From contig CALWQR010000002.1 of NCBI GenBank assembly GCA_944383705.1, positions 5,118-69,117 of the forward strand: a stretch of DNA of 64,000 bases, read 5' to 3'. Both the position numbers and the translations under genes were made by a program. Every line of letters begins with the position of its first letter. The stretch's first letter is position 1. Under the pieces are notes generated by a model. That model was not told where the DNA came from. It was given only the letters and a program-made list of their open reading frames with translations, and did no database searches. The DNA comes from an uncultured Clostridia bacterium (lineage in GTDB: Bacteria; Bacillota; Clostridia; Oscillospirales; CAG-272). Shown piece by piece: positions 8,798-18,283 of this stretch.

Positions 8798-9804
8798 CCG
8801 GGAACGGCAAAAATATTTACCCGGAGGAGCTGGAAACCCGCCTGTCCCGCTTCCCGTGCGTCGGAGAGGCGCTGGTCCTGGGCACCGGGGACGCCGGCGG
8901 CGTCCGCGTCCGGGCAAAAATGGATCTGACCGGCGGGTACCTTGCGCTGAAATACGGGGACGCGCGCATGGCAGAGGAGCTGCCCGCGCCCCCGGGCCCG
9001 GAGTGGACGGCCGACGGCTACCGGGCCTGCGGGCGCGGCCTTTCCGGCGCGCGCCGCCGGGGGCCTGTCTATCGCTTGGCCGGTACGCCGGAGCACCCTT
9101 CGCGGGCGCGGCTCACCCGGTTCCGGCTGCCGGCCGGGCAGCTCCGGCGGCTGGCGCAGGAGCAGGGCGTCAGCGTCACCGGATATGTGGCGGCCCTGCT
9201 GTTCCTGGGCATCCGGCAGGTGCAGCTGGCCGGGCCTGCGCAGGCGCAGCGCCGGAAAATCCGGCTGAGCGTCCCGGTCAATCTGCGCACCCGGCTTTCC
9301 TGCCGTACCCTGCAGAACTTTTCACTCAACGTCTACCCCGAGGTGAATCCGGACGCCGACAGCATGGAGCTGCCCGCGCTCTGCGATGGGTTCCGCCGGT
9401 ATATGCGGTGGGCGCTGGAGCCCGGCCGGCTGGCCGGCCGCTGCCGCGCGTACAGTCTTGCGGCAGGGCTGCACGCCTGCCGGCTGCTGCCGCTTTCCTT
9501 CCAGCAGCGGCTGGTGCGCGGCGCGCTGGATGCTCCGTCCGCCGGCAGCACGCTGACCTTTTCCAGCCTCGGGGCGCTTTCGCTGCCTCCGCAGATGAGG
9601 CCGTATATCGACGAGATCCCGGTTTTTTTCAGCGCACGGCCGGGCTCTCCCTACAGCTGTGCGATGCTGACCCTGGGGGACACCCTTTGCCTGACCCTCC
9701 TGCGGACCGTCCGCGAGCCCCTGCTGGAGGAACGGCTGGAGCAATTGTTTGCGGATTTGCGGATTTCCTGCCGGAAGGCCGTGACCGTGCCGGATTGGGA
9801 GTGA
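8794..9804 (+). pseudogene. Out-of-frame continuation: adenylation C-terminal subdomain fragment (NGKNIYPEELE) fused to a condensation/alcohol-acetyltransferase-like C-terminal half
   Basis: The +1 frame reads IVTGNGKNIYPEELETRLSRFPCVGEALVLG, typical of the small C-terminal domain of ANL enzymes. A later stretch, F.LPAGQLRRLAQEQGVSVTGYVAALLFLGIRQ, resembles the second half of condensation-like acyltransferases. No HHxxxDG region seen. GTG 8794 overlaps the upstream TGA. Confidence 0.5.
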
Positions 9805-9811
9805 GAGACCA

Positions 9812-10528
9812 ATGGACGAATTTCTGGACAAATACATCTTCCCCTATACGGGGAAATTCATCGGCCGTGCGAAAAAGAACAAGGACGGCTTCCCCCTGTA
9901 CACCCGGCGGGAGGATCTGCTGAATATGATCTCGCACATCGTCGGCTGCTTCATCGGCGTGGGGATGCTTGTGGCGGCGGTTTTCTGCGCCCGCTCGGAT
10001 ATGGGGCTGGCCGGCGGCGTGATTTACGGGGCATCGCTGATGCTGCTGTACTGGGCCTCCAGCGTGTATCACGGGCTGCCGTTTGCCGCGGTCGGGGACA
10101 AAAAAATCTTCCGGCTGCTGGACCACTGCTCCATCTTTGTTCTGGTTGCCGGAACCTGCACCCCCTGCCTGCTGGGGCTGATTGCCCGGTGCGGTGCGGG
10201 CAGCGGATGGCTGTTTTACGCGCTGGTCTGGGGAATGGCCATCGGCGGGATTGCCCTGCTGTGCGTCAATATGAAGCGCTTCCGGTCGATTGCGGTCCTG
10301 ATGTATGTGCTGATGGGAATTTTCCTGTTTGTGCGTGCGGGGGACCTCTCCGCGCTGATAGGCCCGACCGGCATGTGCCTGCTGCTGGCGGGCGGGGGCG
10401 TCTACCTGCTCGGGCTGCTGTTTTACGGGCTGGGCTCCCGGCGGGAGTGGATGCACTCGGTGTTCCATCTGTTCTGCCTGGTCGGCAGTGTTCTGCACTG
10501 TGTCTGCATCTGCGGGTATGTCATCTGA
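9812..10528 (+). CDS. Hemolysin III family (PAQR) membrane protein
   Basis: Seven predicted TM segments. N-terminal RREDLLNMISHIVG and C-terminal HSVFHLFCLVGSVLHCVCI histidine motifs are typical of HlyIII/TrhA. Confidence 0.85.
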   Translation: MDEFLDKYIFPYTGKFIGRAKKNKDGFPLYTRREDLLNMISHIVGCFIGVGMLVAAVFCARSDMGLAGGVIYGASLMLLYWASSVYHGLPFAAVGDKKIFRLLDHCSIFVLVAGTCTPCLLGLIARCGAGSGWLFYALVWGMAIGGIALLCVNMKRFRSIAVLMYVLMGIFLFVRAGDLSALIGPTGMCLLLAGGGVYLLGLLFYGLGSRREWMHSVFHLFCLVGSVLHCVCICGYVI

Positions 10529-10567
10529 GCCGGGCGGAGCGGTGCGGCCGGGGGCGGCAGAACACGC

Positions 10568-10598
10568 AAAAAAACGGCAGACGTTACACGTCTGCCGT
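10568..10598 (-). terminator. Intrinsic terminator for the rluA-like gene (usable from both sides)
   Basis: The minus strand reads ACGGCAGACG-TGTAA-CGTCTGCCGT followed by TTTTTTT. It lies 37 nt downstream of the minus-strand stop at 10635. Confidence 0.65.
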
Positions 10599-10634
10599 GC
10601 CGGGCGGGGGCCGGCGCCGCCGGTGCGGCGGGGC

Positions 10635-11282
10635 TCAGCGCAGCCAGTCCCAAGGGGCTCCTGTGGGGTCAAGCGCATAGGTCCGCTGGGGTGTCCCGTT
10701 GTGCGCGGGCAGGGTGATGCTGCGGCACCAAAGGGAAATGCCGGTGTCCCCGCTGCCGCCGTACCGGCGGTCGCCCAGCAGGGGCAGGCGGCGGGAGGCA
10801 AACTGCACGCGGATCTGGTGGGTTCTGCCGGTCAGCGGCCTGACCGACGCCAGCGTCAGCGGTCTGCCGGTTTCGGGATGCGGGCGGGTGCGGATGACGC
10901 GGTAGAGGAGCACCGCCTCCTTTACCCCCTTGCGCTGCCGCCCGACCGCAAAGGCCTTGCCCCTTGCGCGGTCGTAATACAGCAGGTCGCGCAGCTCTCC
11001 CGTGGGGGACTGCGGCACGCCCTCCAGAACGGCGAGGTACTCCTTGCCCAGCCGGTGCTCCTGTGCGGCGCGCGAGAGCCTGGCTGCGGCCTCCGGGGTT
11101 CTGGCGTACAGCATCACGCCTCCAACGCCGCGGTCCAGGCGGTGCACCGTGCCAATGTATCCCCCGTTGCGCGTGGCCAGCAGGTCCGCAAAGCCCGTGC
11201 CGTCCGGGGTTTGCTCCGAAATCAGCCCGGGCGGCTTGACCGCTACGGTCAGCTCCGGGGTTTCGGCAAGAATGTGCGGCAT
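10635..11282 (-). CDS. RluA-family pseudouridine synthase
   Basis: HRLDRGVGGVMLYART catalytic motif and GRTHQIRVQFA. AAAGGAG RBS precedes ATG 11282. The upstream 30 codons of the ORF were not used. Confidence 0.85.
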   Translation of the reverse strand: MPHILAETPELTVAVKPPGLISEQTPDGTGFADLLATRNGGYIGTVHRLDRGVGGVMLYARTPEAAARLSRAAQEHRLGKEYLAVLEGVPQSPTGELRDLLYYDRARGKAFAVGRQRKGVKEAVLLYRVIRTRPHPETGRPLTLASVRPLTGRTHQIRVQFASRRLPLLGDRRYGGSGDTGISLWCRSITLPAHNGTPQRTYALDPTGAPWDWLR

Positions 11283-11371
11283 ATGCGGCTCCTTTCGGTT
11301 TGCAAAATTTTCTGACAAAAAGGACAGCCCGGCCGGCGCGACCGCGCGGCAGGGGCGGATGGTGACAAGCA

Positions 11372-12136
11372 ATGGATGATATTCTGACCGTACAAAGCCT
11401 GCGCGCGGCCCTGGGGCCCTGCGGCAAGGCCCTGACCCTGCGGGTGCTGCCCGTGTGCGATTCCACCAGTTCCGAGGCGCGCCGCCTGTTCCTGGCAGGC
11501 GAGACGGCTGCGCTGATTGCCGCCGGGCAGCAGACCTCCGGGCGGGGGCGCCTCGGGCGCGGCTTTTATTCCCCTGCCGGCAGCGGTGTGTATTTTTCGC
11601 TGCTGCTGCCCCTGTCCGAGCTGCTCTCGTCCTCGGTCAGCGCCAGCTGCGCCGCCTCGGTGGCGGTGATGCGGGCCATCCGGCAGACCGCGGGCCGGCA
11701 GGTGCGCATCAAATGGGTCAACGACCTGCTGCTGGACGGCAAAAAGGTGTGCGGTATCCTCAGCGAGGCCGTGGGGCTGGGGGAGCCCTCCCATCTGATT
11801 GTCGGGGTCGGGGTCAATCTGCGCCCGGCCGCCTTCCCGCCGGAGCTGCCGGACGCAGGAAGCCTGTGCGACCCGCGTACCCCCCGCCGGGTGCTGATTG
11901 CCGCGGCGGTGCGCGAGCTGCTGCCCCTGCTGCTGCACCCGCGCGACGGCTCCTGGCTGGCCGACTACCGGGCGTATTCCTGCGTGCTGGGCCGGACGGT
12001 GCGTTGGTGCCGGCAGGGAGAGTGGCGCGAGGGAGTGGCCGAGAGCATTGACGGCGCCGGCGGACTGACCGTCCGTTCCCCGGACGGCAGCGCAACCGTC
12101 CTGCGCACCGGCGAAATTTCCCTGCGCACGGTCTGA
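11372..12136 (+). CDS. birA: Biotin--[acetyl-CoA-carboxylase] ligase, group I (no HTH domain)
   Basis: GRGRLGRGFYSPAGSGVYFSLLL (GRGRxGR biotin-binding loop) and KWVNDLLLDGKKVCGILSE. At 254 aa it is too short for the repressor domain. Confidence 0.85.
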   Translation: MDDILTVQSLRAALGPCGKALTLRVLPVCDSTSSEARRLFLAGETAALIAAGQQTSGRGRLGRGFYSPAGSGVYFSLLLPLSELLSSSVSASCAASVAVMRAIRQTAGRQVRIKWVNDLLLDGKKVCGILSEAVGLGEPSHLIVGVGVNLRPAAFPPELPDAGSLCDPRTPRRVLIAAAVRELLPLLLHPRDGSWLADYRAYSCVLGRTVRWCRQGEWREGVAESIDGAGGLTVRSPDGSATVLRTGEISLRTV

Positions 12137-12590
12137 CGGCCGGAACCCTCCGCAGGCCCCGGCAGCCGTCCCATCAGCAGCAGCTCCATCGGCAGCCGTT
12201 TCATTATGTCGCCCGGCTCTTGTTCGCTCCGGCGGGAAGGCCGCCCGGCGTCGGTCCCCCGGCGGGACCGCTGTCCGGCGTTTGTTGGATCCAACGGGGC
12301 GGCTGTATGGTTCCGCTCCGCCTCAGCAGGACGGCTGCTGGGCGTCTGTTGCGCTGTCACGCGCGTCTCCCGGCGCGGCCCTGTTTTCGCATACCGTATG
12401 GAAGCATCCGGTGTGCAGGGGGCGCGCCGGGCTTTTTCTTGGGAGCGCCGGCGGTGGCGGCGGGCGGCGAAATAGGCCGTCTGGCGCTGGTTCGCCCCGG
12501 CAGGGTGGTCGCCCGGCGGTTGTCGGCTTTGGCAGGCCGCACGGTGCCGGCCTCCCCGGTGGGGTGCGGCGCGGTTTTGGTTGCCGGAGC

Positions 12591-13514
12591 TCAGGCGATG
12601 TCGATTTCCAGGCAGAGGAAGGCGCCGGGCGCCGGGAGCGGGATCGGGGTGTGGAGTGCGAAATCGCCGACGGCGCGGGGCAGGGCGAATTCCAGCAGCC
12701 ATGTCTGCCCGGACTGCCGCAGGGAGACGCCGGAAAAGCAGGGCAGGGAGAGAAAATCCGGAGCCGGGCGCCGGTCCGGGGACTCCCGGCGCTCCCGGGT
12801 ATGCGTCAGCCGCAGGCGCAGGGTGCGGCGGTCGTTCTCCCCCATTCCCAGCACGGGCCCGCCGGCGCTCCCGCCGCGCAGGGTCAGAAATACACAGAGC
12901 AGCAGCGCGATCCAGCGGAGCCGGTCCGCGGGGGCAAGCGGCAGATTCCCAGCCGGCAGAGCGAGGACGTCGGCGCGGCAGCCGGCAAACCGGGCGGCAA
13001 GGGCGCAGTGCAGGCGGAAGCCGGTTTCGCTGTCCGGGCGCAGAATCCGCCCGCAGGCCGCAAATTGCTCCTCCAGCATGGCATAGCATTCCTCGGGCCG
13101 GCCGGCGGCGCTCTCCGCGCTCAGGCGCGCAACGGCGGGAGAAAGAACGGTATCCGGCCGCCCGAGATATCCCAGGCAGCGCGCCAGCATGGCCGGTTCC
13201 CCCTGGGGCAGGAAGACCGGCAGCAGACCGGTGGCCGGGAAGGGCTCGGCACAGCATACGGCCACCCCCTGCGCGGTGAGCAGCGCGATACGGTTGTACG
13301 AGGTCAGACGCTCCTCCAGAAAGCGGCGCTCCGCCGCCGGCAGCTCCAGCCGGGAGCCCGCCCGCAGGCGCGTGCCGCGCGCCGCGTAGATCCTGCCGTC
13401 CCGGGCCGGGGCAAACAGGGCAAAATCCTCGCGGCATTCCCGCCCGGGCAGCGCATCCTTTCCTTCCAGATAGCGCCCCGCGGGTACGTAGCTCTCCAAT
13501 TCCGGGTGCTGCAT
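12591..13514 (-). CDS. Hypothetical protein (307 aa), no family recognised
   Basis: Strong third-position G/C bias in this frame. AAAGGAGGA RBS lies 6 nt before ATG 13514. It sits 34 nt downstream of the NERD gene on the same strand. Confidence 0.6.
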   Translation of the reverse strand: MQHPELESYVPAGRYLEGKDALPGRECREDFALFAPARDGRIYAARGTRLRAGSRLELPAAERRFLEERLTSYNRIALLTAQGVAVCCAEPFPATGLLPVFLPQGEPAMLARCLGYLGRPDTVLSPAVARLSAESAAGRPEECYAMLEEQFAACGRILRPDSETGFRLHCALAARFAGCRADVLALPAGNLPLAPADRLRWIALLLCVFLTLRGGSAGGPVLGMGENDRRTLRLRLTHTRERRESPDRRPAPDFLSLPCFSGVSLRQSGQTWLLEFALPRAVGDFALHTPIPLPAPGAFLCLEIDIA

Positions 13515-13548
13515 GGGCTCCTCCTTTCTCGCTCCGGCTCCGCCCTGC

Positions 13549-14403
13549 TCAGAACAGAATGCGGCGGAGCTTGTTCAGCGCAAAGCGCCGCCACGAGCCG
13601 TCCAGGCAGTGCAGGGTCAGCTCGGCGTCGCTGTTGTAAAAAACACCGCAGGCGCCGTTGGTATAGGTCACGGTCAGTCTGTCCCGCAGGTGCAGGGGCT
13701 GGGGGTCTATGCGGATGTAGCGCAGATAGTCGGTCTGCAGTGCCACCTGACGGCCCTCGGAGTCGGTGCAGGGAATCTCCCGGTCTGCCAGCAGCCCCTT
13801 GCAGAACTCGCTGTTCCGGCTGTAAATGCGGGTGCAGCGCAGGACCCGTTCGGGCGGGAGCTCACCCGGTTCCCCCGCGTGCTCCCGCACCTGTGCCCGG
13901 ATGGCGGATACCATCCCGGCGGCCGAAACCAGCCGGATCCCCTTCATGCTGTCCGGCAGGTTCAGCCGGCAGTCGGGCTCGGCAAAAACCACCATGCCAG
14001 CCACCGTGCGCTCCAGCCCGTAAAACGCTTTCATGCACTGAATGAACTGCCGGGTGGTGCCTACCGGGCTTTTCAGGGTTTTGCGCGTGCCGTCCGGCTT
14101 GTCCTGATAAAAATTCCCGCCCGCGGTCTCGCAGCCGATGCTGCCCTTCCAGTTCTTGACCTCAATCACCACCGGGACCCCTTTGTGCAGCACCAGAAAG
14201 TCCTTTTCCAGGTATTTTTTGCCGTGCGGGACAATGACTCCCCGCAGCACGCAGGAGAACTGCCCGTGCAGGATGCGGAAGATTGCGTCCTCTCCCTCTG
14301 CCCCGAAGCGCTCGATTTCCTCCTGCGCCGGAACCCCCGGCCCCAGCGTGCGGATGCGGATTCGGCGCACCCCGTTCTGAATCTGATTTCGTATGTTTCC
14401 CAT
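13549..14403 (-). CDS. NERD (nuclease-related domain) protein with uncharacterised C-terminal half
   Basis: N-terminal region GAEGEDAIFRILHG...LEKDFLVLHKGVPVVIEVKNWKGSI matches the NERD pattern (GxxGE..., D/E-hhhh, hhhhExK). Start set at MGNIRNQ (14403); the ORF extends to 14481. Confidence 0.7.
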   Translation of the reverse strand: MGNIRNQIQNGVRRIRIRTLGPGVPAQEEIERFGAEGEDAIFRILHGQFSCVLRGVIVPHGKKYLEKDFLVLHKGVPVVIEVKNWKGSIGCETAGGNFYQDKPDGTRKTLKSPVGTTRQFIQCMKAFYGLERTVAGMVVFAEPDCRLNLPDSMKGIRLVSAAGMVSAIRAQVREHAGEPGELPPERVLRCTRIYSRNSEFCKGLLADREIPCTDSEGRQVALQTDYLRYIRIDPQPLHLRDRLTVTYTNGACGVFYNSDAELTLHCLDGSWRRFALNKLRRILF

Positions 14404-14621
14404 GTTCTTTCTGCCTTTCTGCCCTGCCGGACGTTGTTTCCGCTTCTCACGGGCGCGGCCGCCCGCCGTTCGGTCCCCCAAATTCGCATCATGCGCAAAA
14501 TCCTCATGTCAATGCCCCAAAAAACCATGGTTTTCCGCGGTGCGGTGCGATATAATGTAAGCAAACCGGTCCCGTGCCGCCCCAGGCCCGGACGGGACCC
14601 TGTCTGAAAGGATGCACCGAT

Positions 14622-16565
14622 ATGACACAGGTATTTCGCCCGACCGCCGTTCCGCTGATTGCCACCGACCCGTATTTCAGCATCTGGAGCTTTGCCGACC
14701 GCCTGACCGACGACCACCCCCGCCACTGGACCGGCCGGCGGCAGTCCATGCTTGGCGTTCTGTTTGTGGATGGCCGGCCCTATCGCTTTCTTGGGAAAAC
14801 CGAGCCCTTTGAGAGCTATTTTACGGACGGTCCCGCGCTGGAGCAGACCTCGCTGGAGGTCACGCCGACCGCCTCGGTTTACAGCTTTTCGCACCCGCTG
14901 TGCCGGCTGCGCGTCACCTTCCTGACCCCGCTGCTGGCCGACCGGCCGGAGGTGCTCTCGCGTCCGGTGTCCTACATCTTCTATGAGCTGGAGCCGCTGG
15001 AGCCGGGGCATCGGTTTGAGGTTTCTGTCGATTTCTCGGCCGATCTTTGCGGCGACGAGCGGGGCCAGAGGCTGGTTTGCCGCGCCGAGCCCGGGCATGT
15101 CTCCATGGGGGCCGAGGAGCAGACCCCTCTGCACTGCAGCGGGGACGATGTGCGCATCGATTGGGGATATCTTCATCTGGTGCATCCGGGCGCAAGGCTC
15201 TCGTCTCTGAGGGACCGGCGGAATCTGTTCCGCAAGCGCATCAGCTCCCGGCAGCAGGAATGCGATTTTTCCCAGCCGGTCCCGTTCCGCACCATGCCGC
15301 TGCTGTGCGCAGTCTCGGACAGGCTCAGCGACGTGTTTGTGGTTGCTTATGACGACGTGCAGTCGGTCGAATACTTCGGCCAGCCCCTGAAGGCCTACTA
15401 TCATACGGTATACGGCAGCTTTGACGCGATGCTGTCGGCTGCCGTGCAGGAGGCCGGGGAGCTGCGCCGGGTCTGCGCGGAATTTGACCGGGAGCTTACC
15501 GCCCGGATGCGCCGGGTCTGCCCTGCCTATGCCGAGGTGGGGGCGCTGGCCTACCGCCAGTCGCTGGCCGCGCACAAGCTGGTGGAATGCAACGGCGAGC
15601 TGCTGTTCCTTTCCAAGGAGAATTTCAGCAACGGCTGCATTGCCACCCTGGACATCACCTATCCGTCGGCCCCGCTTTATCTGCTGCTCAATCCCGAGCT
15701 GGTGCGGGGAATGCTGCGCCCGATCTTCGCGTATGCCCGAACCTCTGCCTGGGAGTTTCCTTTTGCCCCGCACGACTGCGGAACCTATCCCCTGTGCAAC
15801 GGTCAGGTGTACGGAGAGAAGAACGGCCGGCTGCTGCCCGAGATGCAGATGCCGGTGGAGGAGTGCGGGAACGCGATTCTCTGCGTGGTTGCGGCGGTCC
15901 GGGCCGACGGCAACCGCGCGATTGCCGAGGAAAACCGCGACCTGCTGGAGAAGTGGGCCGATTATCTGCTGGAGTATGGCTATGACCCCGAAAACCAGCT
16001 TTGCACCGATGATTTTGCCGGGCATCTGGCCCACAACTGCAACCTCAGCCTCAAGGCCATTGTGGCGCTGGGGGCCTACGGGCAGCTGTTTGACGCGCCG
16101 CGCTACAGCCATGCCGCGCAGGAGATGGCGGCGCGCTGGACGGCCGAGGCGCGGCGGAGCGGCCGGGGCTGGCGGCTGACCTTTGACCGGGACGACACCT
16201 GGAGCCTGAAATACAACATCATCTGGGACCGTCTGATGGGCCTGGGACTGTTTGCGCCCGAGGTCAGCGAAGAGGAGGTGGCGGTGTATACCGGGCAGAT
16301 GCGGCGCTACGGCGTCCCGCTGGACAGCCGCGCCGATTACACCAAGCTGGACTGGATGGCCTGGACCACCGTGATGACCGACAACCCGGCCTATACCGAG
16401 GCGGTTTATACCGCCATCCGGCGCATGGTGTGCGAGTCCCCAGACCGGGTGCCGCTGACCGACTGGTACGATGCGGTGGACGGCCGGCAGGTGGGCTTTC
16501 AGGCGCGCTCGGTGGTGGGCGGGTTCTATATCAATCTGCTGGCCGAACGCTTCCTGCACGCCTGA
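14622..16565 (+). CDS. Glutaminase A-like protein (DUF4964/DUF5127/DUF4965/DUF1793 architecture)
   Basis: N-terminus FRPTAVPLIATDPYFSIWSFADRLTDD..W.G and the overall 650-aa length are typical of this family. No signal peptide. Confidence 0.75.
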   Translation: MTQVFRPTAVPLIATDPYFSIWSFADRLTDDHPRHWTGRRQSMLGVLFVDGRPYRFLGKTEPFESYFTDGPALEQTSLEVTPTASVYSFSHPLCRLRVTFLTPLLADRPEVLSRPVSYIFYELEPLEPGHRFEVSVDFSADLCGDERGQRLVCRAEPGHVSMGAEEQTPLHCSGDDVRIDWGYLHLVHPGARLSSLRDRRNLFRKRISSRQQECDFSQPVPFRTMPLLCAVSDRLSDVFVVAYDDVQSVEYFGQPLKAYYHTVYGSFDAMLSAAVQEAGELRRVCAEFDRELTARMRRVCPAYAEVGALAYRQSLAAHKLVECNGELLFLSKENFSNGCIATLDITYPSAPLYLLLNPELVRGMLRPIFAYARTSAWEFPFAPHDCGTYPLCNGQVYGEKNGRLLPEMQMPVEECGNAILCVVAAVRADGNRAIAEENRDLLEKWADYLLEYGYDPENQLCTDDFAGHLAHNCNLSLKAIVALGAYGQLFDAPRYSHAAQEMAARWTAEARRSGRGWRLTFDRDDTWSLKYNIIWDRLMGLGLFAPEVSEEEVAVYTGQMRRYGVPLDSRADYTKLDWMAWTTVMTDNPAYTEAVYTAIRRMVCESPDRVPLTDWYDAVDGRQVGFQARSVVGGFYINLLAERFLHA

Positions 16566-16602
16566 GCGTCCCTTCCCCGTGCGGCGCGGGGCAGCGCGCG
16601 GG

Positions 16603-17382
16603 CTATTCCTCTCCCCGCCCGTACAGAAAGGCCTCCCCGGCCGTGCGGAGACGCATTCCGCTCCGCGCGAGGATGTCGGGCGGCAGGCGCGCGCCGGTAA
16701 CGGCAAAATCCGCCTCTGCGAGCGGGAAGAGATTGAAGGCCGAGCGGCTGCCGAACTTGGCCGAGTCGCACAGGAACACGCGACAGCGGGTGTGCTCGGC
16801 CATACTCAGGCGCAGCTCGGTTTCTTCGTCCGAGTAGTCCGAAATCATGCCGTCCTCCCCCAGCGAGGAGGCCGAAAAAAACATCAGGTCGGCGTTGTAG
16901 CGGGCGGCGTTCGTGCGCGCGGTCTCCCCCACAAAGGCCATGGAGTCGCGTAGCAGCCGCCCCCCGGTGCAAAACACGCGCAGTCCGCTTTCCAAAAAGC
17001 GCTGGCAGGCCAGCAGGCTGTTTGTCACCGCGGTGATGTCCTCCCGCCCCCGCAGGCTGTCGGCAATGTGCAGCGCAGTGGTGGAGGCGTCGGTAAAAAT
17101 CAGCGCGCCGGGCGGTATCAGCGTGGCGGCCAGGCGGCAGATGCGCAGCTTTTCGGCCGTGTGTGTGCCGCTGCGGAAGGAGACCGGGATGTTGCCCTTG
17201 TCGTCTGCCGGAATGGCCCCGCCGTGGCTCCGCCGGATCAGCCCCTGCTGCTCCAGCGCCCCCAGGTCCCGCCGGATGGTCGGCTGGCTGGCGTAGAGCC
17301 TTCGGCTCAGGTCCGGGACCGAGGCGAATTTTTCAGCCTTCAGAATTTCCATAATCTCTTCCTGTCGGTGATTTTTCAGCAT
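16603..17382 (-). CDS. DeoR-family transcriptional regulator
   Basis: N-terminal HTH: RQEEIMEILKAEKFASVPDLSRRLYASQPTIRRDLGALEQQGLIRRSHGGA. C-terminal sugar-phosphate-binding DeoR_C-like domain. Confidence 0.85.
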   Translation of the reverse strand: MLKNHRQEEIMEILKAEKFASVPDLSRRLYASQPTIRRDLGALEQQGLIRRSHGGAIPADDKGNIPVSFRSGTHTAEKLRICRLAATLIPPGALIFTDASTTALHIADSLRGREDITAVTNSLLACQRFLESGLRVFCTGGRLLRDSMAFVGETARTNAARYNADLMFFSASSLGEDGMISDYSDEETELRLSMAEHTRCRVFLCDSAKFGSRSAFNLFPLAEADFAVTGARLPPDILARSGMRLRTAGEAFLYGRGEE

Positions 17383-17440
17383 TTTGTCCTCCCGCCTGCC
17401 GTGAGCGAATTTGATCATTGCTCAAAATCCGAGCCGAATA

Positions 17441-17469
17441 TTGACAGATAACGCTCAATCCGTTATAAT
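17441..17469 (+). promoter_or_regulatory. Sigma-A-type promoter for the HAD / G1P dehydrogenase pair
   Basis: TTGACA (17441-17446), 17-nt spacer, TATAAT (17464-17469). Confidence 0.6.
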
Positions 17470-17540
17470 TATATCGGGAAAGGGCGGAAATGTCAAGCCC
17501 CCCGCGAAAATTTTTACCGGGAACCGGAAGGGAGAGCGAA

Positions 17541-18281
17541 ATGGGCGGACTGATGGCGTTTGATCTGGACGGGACGCTGACCCAGCACAAAACCCCGCTG
17601 GAGCAAGAGAACCGGTGCGTACTGGATGAGCTGCGCGGCCGGGGCTGGTCGCTTTTGATGGTGGGGGCGGGGCAGTGCACCCGGATTTTTGAGCAGATGG
17701 GGCGCTATCCGGTTGACGTCATCGGCAATTACGGGATGCAGTACAGCCGGTATGACGCGGCCACGGGACGTCTGATCCCCGTGTTTGACCGCACGGCTCC
17801 GTGCAACCGGCGGGAGATCCGCCGCCGGGTAGCCGGGCTGCGCGAGCGCTTTGGCTTTGAGGCGTTTTGCGGGGAGAGCGTGGAGTTTCACCCCTCGGGC
17901 TGCGTCACCTTTCCGCTGCTTGGCACCTGTGCGGCCCAGGCCGATAAGCTTGCCTTTGACCCCGACCGCTCCCGCCGCCGTCGGATTTATGCCGAGGTGG
18001 CGGCCTGCTTCCCCGAGTACACGGTGTTTGTGGGCGGCAGCTCGTCCTTCGATATGGCGCCCCGGCCCTACGACAAGCGGTACGCGCTGGCCGAGTACTG
18101 CGCCGCGCGGGGTTTGCCGCACAGCCGGGTGGTGTTTGTGGGGGATGACTACGGCCTGGGAGGCAACGACGAGGCCGTGTATCGCTCGGATTTCGGATTT
18201 GTAAAGATAGACGACTACCGCCGGCTGCGGGAGGCGCTGGGCGCCTGGCTGTCGGGCGGAGCCGGAGAAAGGAGCTTTTGA
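17541..18281 (+). CDS. HAD-superfamily (IIB-type) sugar phosphatase
   Basis: MAFDLDGTLT motif I at the N-terminus and VGDDYGLGGNDEAV motif IV near the C-terminus. GGAAGGGAGAG RBS. Confidence 0.8.
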   Translation: MGGLMAFDLDGTLTQHKTPLEQENRCVLDELRGRGWSLLMVGAGQCTRIFEQMGRYPVDVIGNYGMQYSRYDAATGRLIPVFDRTAPCNRREIRRRVAGLRERFGFEAFCGESVEFHPSGCVTFPLLGTCAAQADKLAFDPDRSRRRRIYAEVAACFPEYTVFVGGSSSFDMAPRPYDKRYALAEYCAARGLPHSRVVFVGDDYGLGGNDEAVYRSDFGFVKIDDYRRLREALGAWLSGGAGERSF

Positions 18282-18283
18282 AT

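Noticed and set aside
8754-9923. 389-aa ORF in the third frame across the ligase remnant and into the hemolysin III gene
   Set aside because: The translation is Arg/Pro/Gly/Ala junk. It overlaps a well-supported hemolysin III start. The alternative frame carries recognisable ANL and condensation-like sequence.
12282-14045. 587-aa plus-strand ORF and 490-aa minus-strand ORF (11965-13437) overlapping the 307-aa and NERD genes
   Set aside because: Both are R/G/P/A-rich with no RBS. The 12591-13514 frame has a strong RBS, a balanced composition and GC-biased third codon positions.
14166-16706. 846-aa minus-strand ORF antisense to the DUF4965 glutaminase-like gene
   Set aside because: Shadow ORF. 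The plus-strand product matches a known family end to end, while this one is R/G/P/A-rich junk that also overlaps the NERD and DeoR genes.
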